From IMG/VR virus record IMGVR_UViG_3300001528_000017, positions 64,001 through 106,247 of that record: 42,247 nt of DNA. The stretch is one strand, 5' to 3'. The notes below the pieces were generated by a model. The model ran no database searches. It was not told the origin of the DNA and saw only the letters and a list, made by a program, of their open reading frames with translations. The translations under genes and the position numbers were made by a program. This DNA comes from a virus. Its lineage: Duplodnaviria; Heunggongvirae; Uroviricota; Caudoviricetes. Below are positions 8,608 to 18,403 of this stretch, one piece after another. Positions within the stretch are counted from its first letter, which is position 1; each line of letters begins with the position of its first letter.

Positions 8608-9189
8608 ATGATACACTTTAACGAATTAAGAATTACTTCAGATGGGCAACATCTTATCATAGATGTAAGTGTCCTAAGTGAGAGTTACTACAAGAATGTC
8701 TATATAGACAGCATTGTCATTGACAATCAAGATACCTATGTAGGTAGTGGTCCTAGTAGTAACCCTGTGTATCAATACTCTGTCCCTGATGTAATGTCTA
8801 AGCTCACAAAGAAATATGTCAGCTCTAAGCATGTGAGACTTGACCTTACTCCTACTGACCTTCCCCTTAATGGTTTACTATTTGTCTATGTTAGGACAAA
8901 GGGTACTCCAGCAGCAGATACTCCATGTGGTCTTGACAACATGACTACACTAGGAACTGTTACAAATATGTACCCATTCTATCAACAGGCAATGAACCAC
9001 ATTGGAGAGTTAGCTAACAATTGTTCTGTATCACAAAACTTCACTGATTATATCCTAAAGATGAAGGGATTAGAGCTTGCAGTGAGAACAGGAAACTACA
9101 CTGATGCCATCAAGTTCTATAACAAGTTCTTCAATGGAAAGGAGAATACAGTGGTAAGAAAAGGAGGGTGTAGCTGTGGAAATACTTAA
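8608..9189 (+). CDS. Tail hub protein A (crAss001 gp38-like)
   Basis: MIHFNELRIT...LIIDVSV...DSIVIDNQDT, KGTPAADTPCG, ELAVRTGNY and a C-terminal CSCG. Confidence 0.8.
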   Translation: MIHFNELRITSDGQHLIIDVSVLSESYYKNVYIDSIVIDNQDTYVGSGPSSNPVYQYSVPDVMSKLTKKYVSSKHVRLDLTPTDLPLNGLLFVYVRTKGTPAADTPCGLDNMTTLGTVTNMYPFYQQAMNHIGELANNCSVSQNFTDYILKMKGLELAVRTGNYTDAIKFYNKFFNGKENTVVRKGGCSCGNT

Positions 9190-9538
9190 TGATGTTTTCA
9201 AGTCAGTGAGCATCTACTTCAACACACTTACCCAACTAGGGTATAAGAAACAGACAGATGTAGAGAAGCTGCTTGTGTATAACTTCATTGAGGAAATGCT
9301 CACAGGAGAAATGAGGTACTTCATCACAGAAGAGGATTATAGAAAGATTGAGCAGGCACTATCATGCCTATATGGTTCAAGCTGTCTATTGCCTTATCCT
9401 CAGTATGCTAACGATGATTATCTCTTTGGTCATGTAGAAAGTGGTGGGCTTATTAGTCCTAGAATTACAGAGGATAGTAACATAAGGTTCACTGAAGACA
9501 ACAGAGTTAGATTTAAGGCTTCTAATTACGATAGATAA
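9176..9538 (+). CDS. Tail hub protein B (crAss001 gp39-like)
   Basis: YFNTLTQLGYKK..DVEKL, EEMLTGEM, CLYGSSCLLPYP and PRITEDS..R.TED; GTG start overlapping hub A by 14 nt. Confidence 0.78.
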   Translation: MEILNDVFKSVSIYFNTLTQLGYKKQTDVEKLLVYNFIEEMLTGEMRYFITEEDYRKIEQALSCLYGSSCLLPYPQYANDDYLFGHVESGGLISPRITEDSNIRFTEDNRVRFKASNYDR

Positions 9539-9554
9539 TTAAACTAGTTATTGC

Positions 9555-9588
9555 CTTGCATAGGTAAAGGATTTTTCTTACCTTTGCA
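9555..9588 (+). promoter_or_regulatory. Bacteroidetes primary-sigma promoter P2 for the ring/IHF/muzzle operon
   Basis: TACCTTTG at 9579-9586; CTTG at 9555-9558; 20-nt spacer; intergenic. Confidence 0.82.
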
Positions 9589-9609
9589 GGGCAATTTAAT
9601 TTATAAACT

Positions 9610-10329
9610 ATGAGCACATACAGACAATTGACCTATATGGTTCTTGATGAGCTTAAGATTGTATCAGATGATAGTCACTTTCAGGAAGAGCATGTACTAT
9701 TCCTATTAGATAAGTACAGAACCTTCTTACTGAAGCAGAGGTACTCTGATATAAGGAAAGAGATACCAGAGTCTAACTATCAGACAATATGTGTTGACTT
9801 AAAGCAAGTTAATGCTATTGATGGTACCCCCTGTACAGGTGCAGACTACATGAAGTCTCTTCAAGAGATTCCAAATATGATGCAAGTTGGGAAACAGAAG
9901 ATTTCTTCTTTAGATTACTTCCAAGGCAACTTTGCATATACAAACAATGAGAGGTTTAAGTATGTAGGGAACAATAAGTACCTCAAGAATCAAATCTATG
10001 GTACTATTGCTCCTGACAATCACTTATACCTCAAGAGCAATAACCCTCAAATGTATTACCTAGAGAAAGTAAAGGTAACAGGTATCTTTGAGGACAGCAG
10101 TAAGGCAGCAGAGCTTCAATGCCCTGATGCTAGTGGTGGGAAACCTTGCGATGTGATGGATATGGAGTTCCCAATTGAGGAAGCACTTATCCCACCAATG
10201 ATTGAGCTTATAGTTAAAGAACTCAGTGGACATGTTTATCAGCCAGCTGATAATGAGAACAATGCTACTGATGACCTTGACAGGCTAGCCAGTTACATTG
10301 CTAGGAACATGAAAGAAAGGAGAGGATAA
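9610..10329 (+). CDS. Tail ring protein R2 (crAss001 gp40-like)
   Basis: TYRQLTYMVLDELKIVSDDS...FLLDKYRTFLLKQRYSDI and FPIEEALIPPMIELIVKEL. Confidence 0.85.
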   Translation: MSTYRQLTYMVLDELKIVSDDSHFQEEHVLFLLDKYRTFLLKQRYSDIRKEIPESNYQTICVDLKQVNAIDGTPCTGADYMKSLQEIPNMMQVGKQKISSLDYFQGNFAYTNNERFKYVGNNKYLKNQIYGTIAPDNHLYLKSNNPQMYYLEKVKVTGIFEDSSKAAELQCPDASGGKPCDVMDMEFPIEEALIPPMIELIVKELSGHVYQPADNENNATDDLDRLASYIARNMKERRG

Positions 10330-10883
10330 TGGAACTAAGTGAGTTTAGGAAGAAGGTAGTCAAAGCCGAGGAGAAGAAACATCACTTTAAGGTTACAAAC
10401 TCCAATGGCACTAAAGAGGCTTGGAGGTGGATTAAAAAACACAAGTGGCTTGATATAGGGCAACCTATCACTGAGTATCAGCTAGGTCAGATAATCAAAG
10501 CCATCAATAATACTCTTCGTGACCAGCTTCTTGATGGTAAAGATGTAGCTTTCCCAAATAGAATGGGAAGGTTAGAAATCAGGAAGTTCAAAGCTAAGGT
10601 TGAATATAAGGAAGGTAAGGTAGTAACTACTTTGCCAGTGGACTGGAAAAGAACTATAGACCTTTGGTGGGAAGATAATGAGTCCCATGAGTCAAAGACC
10701 TTAGTTAGGTTTGAAGGGTTGGAGAGGTTTGCAATATACTATAATAAGGAATATGCAAACTTTGCAAACAAGAGTTTCTACCGCTTTATACCAATCAGAC
10801 CTCTAAAGAGAGAACTAAAAGAGAAAATAATAAACGAGGGCTTTGATGCTCTCTTACTAGGAAAGCATAATGAATTACACTAA
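10329..10883 (+). CDS. HU/IHF-like DNA-binding protein
   Basis: Basic; IIKAINNTLRDQLLDGKDVAFPNRMGRLEIRK matches the HU/IHF arm region; TAATG-coupled to the ring R2 gene; usual position in crAss tail operons. Confidence 0.7.
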   Translation: MELSEFRKKVVKAEEKKHHFKVTNSNGTKEAWRWIKKHKWLDIGQPITEYQLGQIIKAINNTLRDQLLDGKDVAFPNRMGRLEIRKFKAKVEYKEGKVVTTLPVDWKRTIDLWWEDNESHESKTLVRFEGLERFAIYYNKEYANFANKSFYRFIPIRPLKRELKEKIINEGFDALLLGKHNELH

Positions 10884-11559
10884 CATAAAGCTCATAATGG
10901 ACAAACTCACAAGGCATCCTCTACTTGAGGATATTCCTTTTGAAACTGTAGTTGACTATGCTGTGGACTTCATAAGGATAGTAGGAACTCCTCCTGCATT
11001 CCTAGAGAAGACACAGGAGATTGAGATTAAGGACTACAGAGGACTTCTACCTTGTGACTACTACCAGATAATCCAAGTAAGGGTTATTGATGGAGAGAAG
11101 AGAATGGGAGCCTTTAGGCATAGTACAGATTCATTCCACATGAGTAATACTAAGCCAAAGCATGGAGGGCTTACCTACAAGATTCAAGGAAGCTGCATCA
11201 TTACATCCATACCTGATGGTAAGATAGAGATAGCTTATGAAGCTATGCCTATTGATGATGAGGGCTACCCATTGATACCTGACAACAGTTCATATAGTAG
11301 GGCACTTGAACTCTACATAAAGCTACAGTGGTTCACTGTGCTTTTTGACACAGGAAAGATTACACCACAAGTATTAAGCAATACACAACAGCAATATGCT
11401 TGGGCTGTAGGTCAGGCACAAACTGATTTAATTAGACCTACCATTGACCAAATGGAGGCTATTAGTAATATGTGGAACAAGCTACTACCTGATGAAACAA
11501 AAGACCATGATAGTGGCTATCTGCATGAAGGAACAAAAGAACACATAATCACTCACTAA
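10870..11559 (+). CDS. Tail ring protein R1 / tail tubular protein (crAss001 gp43-like)
   Basis: LTRHPLLEDI, EIKDYRGLLPCD, YKIQGSCIITS..DGKIEIAY..MPIDDEGYPLIPD and QQQYAWAVGQAQ. Confidence 0.85.
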   Translation: MNYTNIKLIMDKLTRHPLLEDIPFETVVDYAVDFIRIVGTPPAFLEKTQEIEIKDYRGLLPCDYYQIIQVRVIDGEKRMGAFRHSTDSFHMSNTKPKHGGLTYKIQGSCIITSIPDGKIEIAYEAMPIDDEGYPLIPDNSSYSRALELYIKLQWFTVLFDTGKITPQVLSNTQQQYAWAVGQAQTDLIRPTIDQMEAISNMWNKLLPDETKDHDSGYLHEGTKEHIITH

Positions 11560-11560
11560 T

Positions 11561-14500
11561 ATGATGTACTCAGATAATCACATATTCGCTGGACTACAGC
11601 AGGATGTTTCAATATCAAAGCATCCTGCCCACTTGCTATGTGATGCTCTCAACATAAGAATGACTGCTAGAGAAGGTCAGACAGCTCTTTCTCTTACAAA
11701 TGAGAAAGGACCCCAACAGCTTTCTTTTGCATTCAAGTACTATAATGGAAGTGCATGGGCAACTCAGGCAGAGTGGGATGACGCAGCAGGTGAAGATGGT
11801 GACTTTGTAGCACTAACTTCAATCGAAGGAACATACATAGGACATTGTGTATTGAATAACTATGTGGTAATTTTTACTCACATAGATAGTACTCATGATG
11901 CAATTTACAGAGTGGATATGGTTGAGAAGATAGCTACTAGAATCTATCTAGGCAACCTTGGTCTCTCTGTAGATTACCCAATACAGGCACTAGCTTCTTA
12001 TGAGAATGAGAATATACAGAAAGTGTATTGGACAGACAATAATAACCAACCTAGGATAATCAATATAGCTCCTAGTGAGGATATGTCTAAGCTCTACATA
12101 GACTATAATGATGACGAGGAACCAGCTGGTATTGGTTACAATAATCAAGTACTAGATTTCTCACCAGAACTTGCCCTAAATGAAGAGGTCACTGTTACCA
12201 AGCATTATAGTGGTGGAACATTTGCACCTGGAGTTATTCAATATGCTATAACCTATTACAATAAACATGCTCAGGAGACTGCAATAGCAGTAGTAACTCC
12301 TTTGTACTACATATCTCCTTATGGAAGAGGAGGCTCTCCTGAAGAGTCTTGCAACAACTCATTTACCATAACCATAAGTAATGTAGATAGTAACTTTGAG
12401 TACCTGAGGATATATAGTATTCAGAGAACTTCCCTAAATGGAACTCCTATCTGCAAAAGATTACGGGACATAGAAATAGGTAACAAGAACACCCTGACAT
12501 ACACAGACACAGGAACAAATGGAGATATAGTTGACCCTACATCACTATTGTTCTTAGGAGGTGAAGAGATAAAGGCAGAGACTATATGCCAAAAAGATGG
12601 TAGTCTATTCTTAGGGAATATCACCCTTAAAAGACCATCCTTAACATCTAGTATCAAGTCTCAAATAAAAAGCTACTTTAGCAATAGCACAAGCAGCCCA
12701 GTCAGTTCATCATCAAGTGCAAAGCTTACATACAGTCCAAGGGTATGTAGTCACACTACTATAACCCCAAGTGGAGATTTTGTGTACAGCTGCAATCTTA
12801 ATGAGTACTGTGCTGGCTTTAAGAAAAATGAGTACTACAGGTTAGGACTTCAATTCCAATATAAGACTGGAACATGGTCAGAACCAATTTGGATTATGGA
12901 CCATCAGATAGTTGATATAAGCAAGAGTGGAAGTACCTCTTATGTACAGCTAGATATATCCAATGCAGGTGTAGTAACGAACTCAACATTCTATACTACC
13001 TTAAACAGTACTATAGTCAATGCTCTCAAAGACCTAGGATATAAAAAGGTAAGAGCAGTCATTGCTCACCCTTCTACAGAGAACAGAACCATATTGTTCC
13101 AAGGAGTAGTTAATAGTACCGTGTATAGGAAGAGGGACAGATATGGAGGTTCAGGAAACACCTATGGAAATGGGCACTTGTATGCACAAGCCTCTTGGAT
13201 ATTCAGACCTTACCACGAAAGTGCTTATGGAGCTGATAGCGCAGCAGCTAACAATGGAGGAAGAATCTCCTGTGATGGGCAGCTGTATAGCCAGTTTGTG
13301 ACCCCCAATAGGGGAACTATACTAAGCCCCTATGAGTACTCTACAGAAATTCAAGGATATTATGGTGATAGAGACTTATTCAGAATTGGGGATACCACAG
13401 ATGAATTGTTCACCATAAATTCACCAGATATTGAGTGGGATGACTCAATAAGAGGGTATAGCTTTAGCTCAGACTGTAAGGTAGGAATGCTAGGGTTTAT
13501 CAACTGCAATTGCGCATACGGAGACATAGACATTACAACATCTTCTGGTACCATTGGTACATTGGGGGCAGGTTTCATAAGAAGAGCCTTCAGGACAGAT
13601 GGTGATGCAGGTTTAATATCCCAGCCATGTTACCAAGATAGTATTGTAGATGACCTAGACTCTACTCCAAAGTACGGGGTCAATACTACTGATAAGTATC
13701 CAACAAACTGGATGGTTTATATGTGGCATAGGAATGGTTCCCTGAACAATGATGTCAATAGAGAAGGCAGAAGTGCTATGCTTCAAACAAAGAAGATTAG
13801 CAATTACAGGATAGCCAACTACATGCAAAAAACAATAAACAGTAATACTGTTACTGTAGGACCAATATTATACCTAGGTGGAAGGCTAGATGTTACTACT
13901 CATGATATTAAGATATTTGATTCACTTGAGTTGCAGTATATAAAGGTAAATAGGAAGCCATACATGGGTAATATAGACACCCTAATTGTGCCAGAGAAAA
14001 GTGGGTTTTACTTTACTAATGACCCAAGGGAACCTAATTGGCAAAACTACAATGAGACAAGCAAGCTATGGTTTAGGCTAGGACCTGGAGTAAAGAATGG
14101 GGTATCAGACGTGGGATTCCTTCAATATTTTGATGGTCAAGATTATAGTTGGAAACCTACAGCAACTGACGGAGATACTAGGTGGACTGTATTTGGGGGT
14201 AATGTTCCTGGGTTAGGTACAACTAGAGAGGGAGTTAGAATGAAATATAAATCAACAGCTCATGCTATTGTTTCTATAGCTCCAACACAATCTGAATTTG
14301 ACATCAGCTACTATCGTAGCTCTGGCACAGCAAGTAAGGCTTTACTACTGGCTGAAGTACATGAGCCTTATAATTCTGACACTCTATATGGTGGGGCTTC
14401 AAGTGATGCTATGAGAGCAATCCAATGGATTCCAGCTGGACCATCAGTAGTTTTAAGAACCACAAGTCAGATAACATGGGCTTGGGGTGACACATTCTAC

Positions 14501-15919
14501 AATAAGTGGGATTGTCTGAAAACCTACGCTTTCACAAAAGAAGACCAAAACCAAGTAGTAGATATACTATCCTTCCCTGTGGAGTCACACATAAATCTAG
14601 ATGGTAGATATGATAGAAACAGAGGACAACCAAGTAACCTTAACATGTCCCCTCTCAACTACAACCTGATGAACCTTGTGTACTCTCAGTTGGATAACTT
14701 CTTCTCATACAGGATAATGGATGAGGACTACTACAAGTTAAACCAGTTTAGTAATCAGGTAACTTGGACTCCTGAAAAGACACAAGGAGCAGAGGTTGAC
14801 AACTGGACTAGTGTAACACTAGCATCAACCTATGACCTAGATGGTAGTAAAGGGCAAGTGAGGGTACTAAGGACTTGGAAAGATACCATATATTGTTTCC
14901 AAGACACAGGTATCAGTCAGCTGATATTCAATCCAAGAGTGCAGATACCTACCTCAGACAATGTTCCTATTGAGATAGGAAATAGTTACAAGATGGAAGG
15001 TAAGAGGTACTTGGCAGAATCTATTGGTTGTATTAACCCAAGTAGTGTGTGCGAAACCCCACTAGGATTATACTTCCTAGACTCTGTTAGTAGAGACCTA
15101 TACATGATAGGAGGAAATGGGCTTACAAACTTAGCTGATAAGTGTAACATGGTAACATGGTTCAATGGAGTGCCTAGTGAGAAGTGGAAGCCTTCAGGAT
15201 ACACTTCTAAGGTATTCTATGACCAAGGAAACCAAGATGTTTATATCTCTACATCCACAAAGACCCTATGCTTCTCTGAAAAGCTAGCACAATTCACCTC
15301 ATTTATGAGTTACCAGAACATAGCAGCTATGTTCAGCATAGGACCTAAGTTCTACACGTTCTCCAGAGGGGTAAACAATATTACACTATGGAGTATGTTT
15401 GACGGAACCTATAATAAGTTCTTTGGTACATTTGAACCATTTAGCATATCATTCATATCAAATGCCAATAGCGCAAGTGATAAAACATTCCTTAACCTTG
15501 AGGCACAGGTTGATTTCTATGATGCAGTAACTGATTCAGGTACTGAACCTTTCAAGCATAAGACTAACCCAATCAATAGTAAGAGTCTTAATCCAAAGAA
15601 ATTCTTTGATACTATAAGAGTTCAGACTGAGTACCAAGACACAGGTGTTGTACCACTTACTTGGAAGAACTTTAGGTCATTTGGTAATTCAAGTAGTTAC
15701 CTAGGTTCTAACACAGCTAAGAGGTTTAGGATATGGAGAGTAGAGATACCTAGAGACAAGAGTGACGTAGTTACAGTACAAAATGTAACTAGGAGACCTA
15801 AACTATTTGATAGGATAAGGAACACTTGGGCTAAGGTAACTTTAACAAGTAATCCACAAACAGATAGTGCTACTCCATTCATGGAGTTCCATAATGTAAA
15901 TGTTCAATATTACGTTTAA
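11561..15919 (+). CDS. Muzzle / tail stabilization protein (crAss001 gp44-like)
   Basis: 1452 aa; GLQQDVS...DALNIR...LSLTNEKG, YENENIQKVYWTD, WGDTFYNKWDCLKTY, VESHINLDGRYD, FCFSEK and FDRIRNTWAKVTL-type motifs; follows ring R1. Confidence 0.85.
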   Translation: MMYSDNHIFAGLQQDVSISKHPAHLLCDALNIRMTAREGQTALSLTNEKGPQQLSFAFKYYNGSAWATQAEWDDAAGEDGDFVALTSIEGTYIGHCVLNNYVVIFTHIDSTHDAIYRVDMVEKIATRIYLGNLGLSVDYPIQALASYENENIQKVYWTDNNNQPRIINIAPSEDMSKLYIDYNDDEEPAGIGYNNQVLDFSPELALNEEVTVTKHYSGGTFAPGVIQYAITYYNKHAQETAIAVVTPLYYISPYGRGGSPEESCNNSFTITISNVDSNFEYLRIYSIQRTSLNGTPICKRLRDIEIGNKNTLTYTDTGTNGDIVDPTSLLFLGGEEIKAETICQKDGSLFLGNITLKRPSLTSSIKSQIKSYFSNSTSSPVSSSSSAKLTYSPRVCSHTTITPSGDFVYSCNLNEYCAGFKKNEYYRLGLQFQYKTGTWSEPIWIMDHQIVDISKSGSTSYVQLDISNAGVVTNSTFYTTLNSTIVNALKDLGYKKVRAVIAHPSTENRTILFQGVVNSTVYRKRDRYGGSGNTYGNGHLYAQASWIFRPYHESAYGADSAAANNGGRISCDGQLYSQFVTPNRGTILSPYEYSTEIQGYYGDRDLFRIGDTTDELFTINSPDIEWDDSIRGYSFSSDCKVGMLGFINCNCAYGDIDITTSSGTIGTLGAGFIRRAFRTDGDAGLISQPCYQDSIVDDLDSTPKYGVNTTDKYPTNWMVYMWHRNGSLNNDVNREGRSAMLQTKKISNYRIANYMQKTINSNTVTVGPILYLGGRLDVTTHDIKIFDSLELQYIKVNRKPYMGNIDTLIVPEKSGFYFTNDPREPNWQNYNETSKLWFRLGPGVKNGVSDVGFLQYFDGQDYSWKPTATDGDTRWTVFGGNVPGLGTTREGVRMKYKSTAHAIVSIAPTQSEFDISYYRSSGTASKALLLAEVHEPYNSDTLYGGASSDAMRAIQWIPAGPSVVLRTTSQITWAWGDTFYNKWDCLKTYAFTKEDQNQVVDILSFPVESHINLDGRYDRNRGQPSNLNMSPLNYNLMNLVYSQLDNFFSYRIMDEDYYKLNQFSNQVTWTPEKTQGAEVDNWTSVTLASTYDLDGSKGQVRVLRTWKDTIYCFQDTGISQLIFNPRVQIPTSDNVPIEIGNSYKMEGKRYLAESIGCINPSSVCETPLGLYFLDSVSRDLYMIGGNGLTNLADKCNMVTWFNGVPSEKWKPSGYTSKVFYDQGNQDVYISTSTKTLCFSEKLAQFTSFMSYQNIAAMFSIGPKFYTFSRGVNNITLWSMFDGTYNKFFGTFEPFSISFISNANSASDKTFLNLEAQVDFYDAVTDSGTEPFKHKTNPINSKSLNPKKFFDTIRVQTEYQDTGVVPLTWKNFRSFGNSSSYLGSNTAKRFRIWRVEIPRDKSDVVTVQNVTRRPKLFDRIRNTWAKVTLTSNPQTDSATPFMEFHNVNVQYYV

Positions 15920-15923
15920 CCTT

Positions 15924-15965
15924 AAGGGGACATAAGGATTCTACTTATGTCCCTTTATTATTTTA
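15924..15965 (+). terminator. Intrinsic terminator after the muzzle gene
   Basis: GGGACATAAG (15927-15936) / CTTATGTCCC (15944-15953) plus flanking pairs, followed by TTTATTATTTT. Confidence 0.8.
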
Positions 15966-15973
15966 CATATTCT

Positions 15974-16007
15974 CTTGTGCAAGTGAGAATTTATTCTTAC
16001 CTTTGCA
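15974..16007 (+). promoter_or_regulatory. Bacteroidetes primary-sigma promoter P3 for the cargo operon
   Basis: TACCTTTG at 15998-16005; CTTG at 15974-15977; 20-nt spacer; directly after a terminator. Confidence 0.85.
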
Positions 16008-16026
16008 CTATAAAACCGTAAATAAT

Positions 16027-18402
16027 ATGGCTAAAAAGAATAAAGTAATTTATTTAGAGGCCCCACACAAGTATAACTTTGGCTCATTCATGCAAGGAAT
16101 AGAGTCAGGTAAGGGGCTAGGAAAGTTCGGTAGCCAATATGCTGGATTATCCTCAGGTATGCAAGGAGCATTAGGAGGACTAGGAAGCATGGTAGGCCAG
16201 ATGGCTGGAAGTGCTATCTCAGGAGGTTTAGAGTCAGGAGCAGGAAACGTCATATCAGGATTAAGTAGTGTAGCTTCAGCAATCCCAGGACCTTGGGGTG
16301 CAGTTGCAAGTGCTGGACTAGGAGTAGTAGGTGGATTAGTTAATGCTGCCTTTGGTATAAAGGAAGACAAAGAAAAGCACCAAAGACTTAATCAAAGCAC
16401 TGATTACCTTAATAAGTTCAACAGCAATGCTTCAACCTTTGATGAAGTAACAGGCCCTCAAGCAGTTACCCTTGCTTCAGATGTATATAAAGGAGGTTGG
16501 TTCTCAAAGGGCAAAGCTAGAAGAAAGAATCAAGAACTTGCAAGGGAAGCACAAGCAGCATTAGATAAGGCAGATAGAGACGTAGTAAACAATGTAACTA
16601 CACTAACAAAGAATCAAATGAATGACCTTGAGGGAAGTTACTTTGCTTTTGGTGGCCCACTTGATTTTGGTCTAATGCCTATTGGTGGGGCTATTGACTA
16701 TGAACTAGCTCAGAGAAGGTTATCACAAAAGGACTTAGAGATAGAGGCAAAGAAAGCTTTTGGCGGTCCTCTTCACACACATGGAGCAGATTGGACAAAT
16801 GGTATTACTATTATAGACAATGGTGGTAGCCATGAGAGTAATCCATTTGAAGGTGTACCTATGGGAATAGCACCTGATGGCCAACCTAACCTTGTTGAGG
16901 AAGGAGAAGTAATCTTTAATGATTATGTATTCAGCAATAGGTTAAGAGTGCCAAAAGCTGTAAGAGAAAAATACAAACTAAGAGGTCAAAAGGAAATGAC
17001 CTTTGCAGACGCAGCTAAGAAAGCACAAAAAGAGAGTGAAGAAAGACCAAATGACCCAATCAGTCAGAGAGGTCTAGAAGATATAATGTATAGGCTAATG
17101 ACAGAGCAAGAAGCCGTAAGAGAAAGCAGACAGCAGAGGAAGTACTCAGAAGGTGGAAAGATTCACATTGCACCTAGTAAGAAGGGGACTTTCACAGCAG
17201 CAGCTTCAAAGCATGGTATGGGAGTACAAGAGTTTGCTTCCAAAGTATTAGCCAATCCAGAAGATTATAGTCCAGCAATGAGAAAGAAAGCAAACTTTGC
17301 TAGAAATGCAAGTAAATGGAAACATGCCTATGGTGGACTTATGGGCAGGATATTTGAGGGGGATGGTGATGAGCCTCAGTCTCTAGTGTTCCTACCTAAT
17401 ACTGGAACTGATTTCTTCAGTTACTTAACTACTCCAGTAAAAACTCCTGCACAAAAGCAGAATGATTTTTGGTTAGCACATCACCCTGAAACAACAGGAA
17501 TGCCAAGTCCTACCAGACAAACATTTGGGACACTAGTAAAAGACCCAACAACATATATTGCTCCTACTACTCCTACTACTCCTACTACAAGGGGCGCAGA
17601 TGGGGGAACAACATACGCAGAGCCTAAGACCAGCCCCTTGGCTAATCTCAGGTATCTACCAGCAATAGGAAGTGCTATCAATGTATTCACAGACCTAATG
17701 GGTTGGACTAACAAGCCTGACTATGGTAATGCAGATATGATAGTAGATGCTGCTAACCAATTTGGCTCTGTAAGTTTTTCACCAATAGGTGACTATATGA
17801 CATACACTCCTCTAGACAGGCTATTCTATGCTAACCAGCTTGGTGCTCAAGCAGGAGCTACTAGGAGAGCAATATTAAATACTAGTGGAGGTAACAGAGG
17901 TACAGCAATAGCAGGACTACTTGCAGCAGACTATAATGCACAAGGTCAATTAGGAAATCTCTTCAGACAAGCAGAAGAGTACAATCTAGCACAAAGAGAA
18001 AAAGTAGCTGCATTTAATAGAGGAACCAATATGTTCAATAGTGAACAAGGTCTCAAGGCAGCTATTGCTAACAGAGAAAGAGATAAGGCTAGAATAGATG
18101 CTCTAGTGAAAGCAGCAGCCATTAGGGATGCAGTTGATTCTAGAGTAGGTGCAGCAAGGTCTGCTAACCTAACTAACCTATTTGATAGCCTAGGAAATAT
18201 TGGTAGAGAGGCTGCAACAAGGAATATGATTCTGAGTAACCCAGCATTGTATTACAGTATTGACAGCACAGGAAAGATAACCTACAAGAATGGTTATGAG
18301 AGCCTGAGTGATGCAGCAAAGGATGAAGTGAACAGACATGCTGCTGCTAGAACAAGGACTAAGGCACATGGAGGTTACATAACTATAAGAAGGAGAAGAT
18401 AA
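16027..18402 (+). CDS. Cargo/ejection protein 1 (crAss001 gp45-like)
   Basis: Gly/Ala-rich hydrophobic N-terminal region, IDNGGSHESNPFEGV..LVEEGEVIFNDYVFSNRL domain, no Cys. Start moved to ATG 16027 because TTG 16003 lies inside the -7 promoter element. Confidence 0.75.
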   Translation: MAKKNKVIYLEAPHKYNFGSFMQGIESGKGLGKFGSQYAGLSSGMQGALGGLGSMVGQMAGSAISGGLESGAGNVISGLSSVASAIPGPWGAVASAGLGVVGGLVNAAFGIKEDKEKHQRLNQSTDYLNKFNSNASTFDEVTGPQAVTLASDVYKGGWFSKGKARRKNQELAREAQAALDKADRDVVNNVTTLTKNQMNDLEGSYFAFGGPLDFGLMPIGGAIDYELAQRRLSQKDLEIEAKKAFGGPLHTHGADWTNGITIIDNGGSHESNPFEGVPMGIAPDGQPNLVEEGEVIFNDYVFSNRLRVPKAVREKYKLRGQKEMTFADAAKKAQKESEERPNDPISQRGLEDIMYRLMTEQEAVRESRQQRKYSEGGKIHIAPSKKGTFTAAASKHGMGVQEFASKVLANPEDYSPAMRKKANFARNASKWKHAYGGLMGRIFEGDGDEPQSLVFLPNTGTDFFSYLTTPVKTPAQKQNDFWLAHHPETTGMPSPTRQTFGTLVKDPTTYIAPTTPTTPTTRGADGGTTYAEPKTSPLANLRYLPAIGSAINVFTDLMGWTNKPDYGNADMIVDAANQFGSVSFSPIGDYMTYTPLDRLFYANQLGAQAGATRRAILNTSGGNRGTAIAGLLAADYNAQGQLGNLFRQAEEYNLAQREKVAAFNRGTNMFNSEQGLKAAIANRERDKARIDALVKAAAIRDAVDSRVGAARSANLTNLFDSLGNIGREAATRNMILSNPALYYSIDSTGKITYKNGYESLSDAAKDEVNRHAAARTRTKAHGGYITIRRRR
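17561..17587 (+). repeat. 9-bp tandem repeat (CTCCTACTA)x3 encoding PTTPTTPTT
   Basis: Three perfect copies read directly, in a Pro/Thr linker of cargo protein 1. Confidence 0.9.
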
Positions 18403-18403
18403 T

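Noticed and set aside
16003-16026. TTG start for cargo protein 1
   Set aside because: The TTG is part of the -7 promoter element; ATG 16027 is preferred.
16998-17007. GACCTTTGCA resembling the promoter core
   Set aside because: Lacks the TA of TAnnTTTG and lies in coding sequence (TFA).
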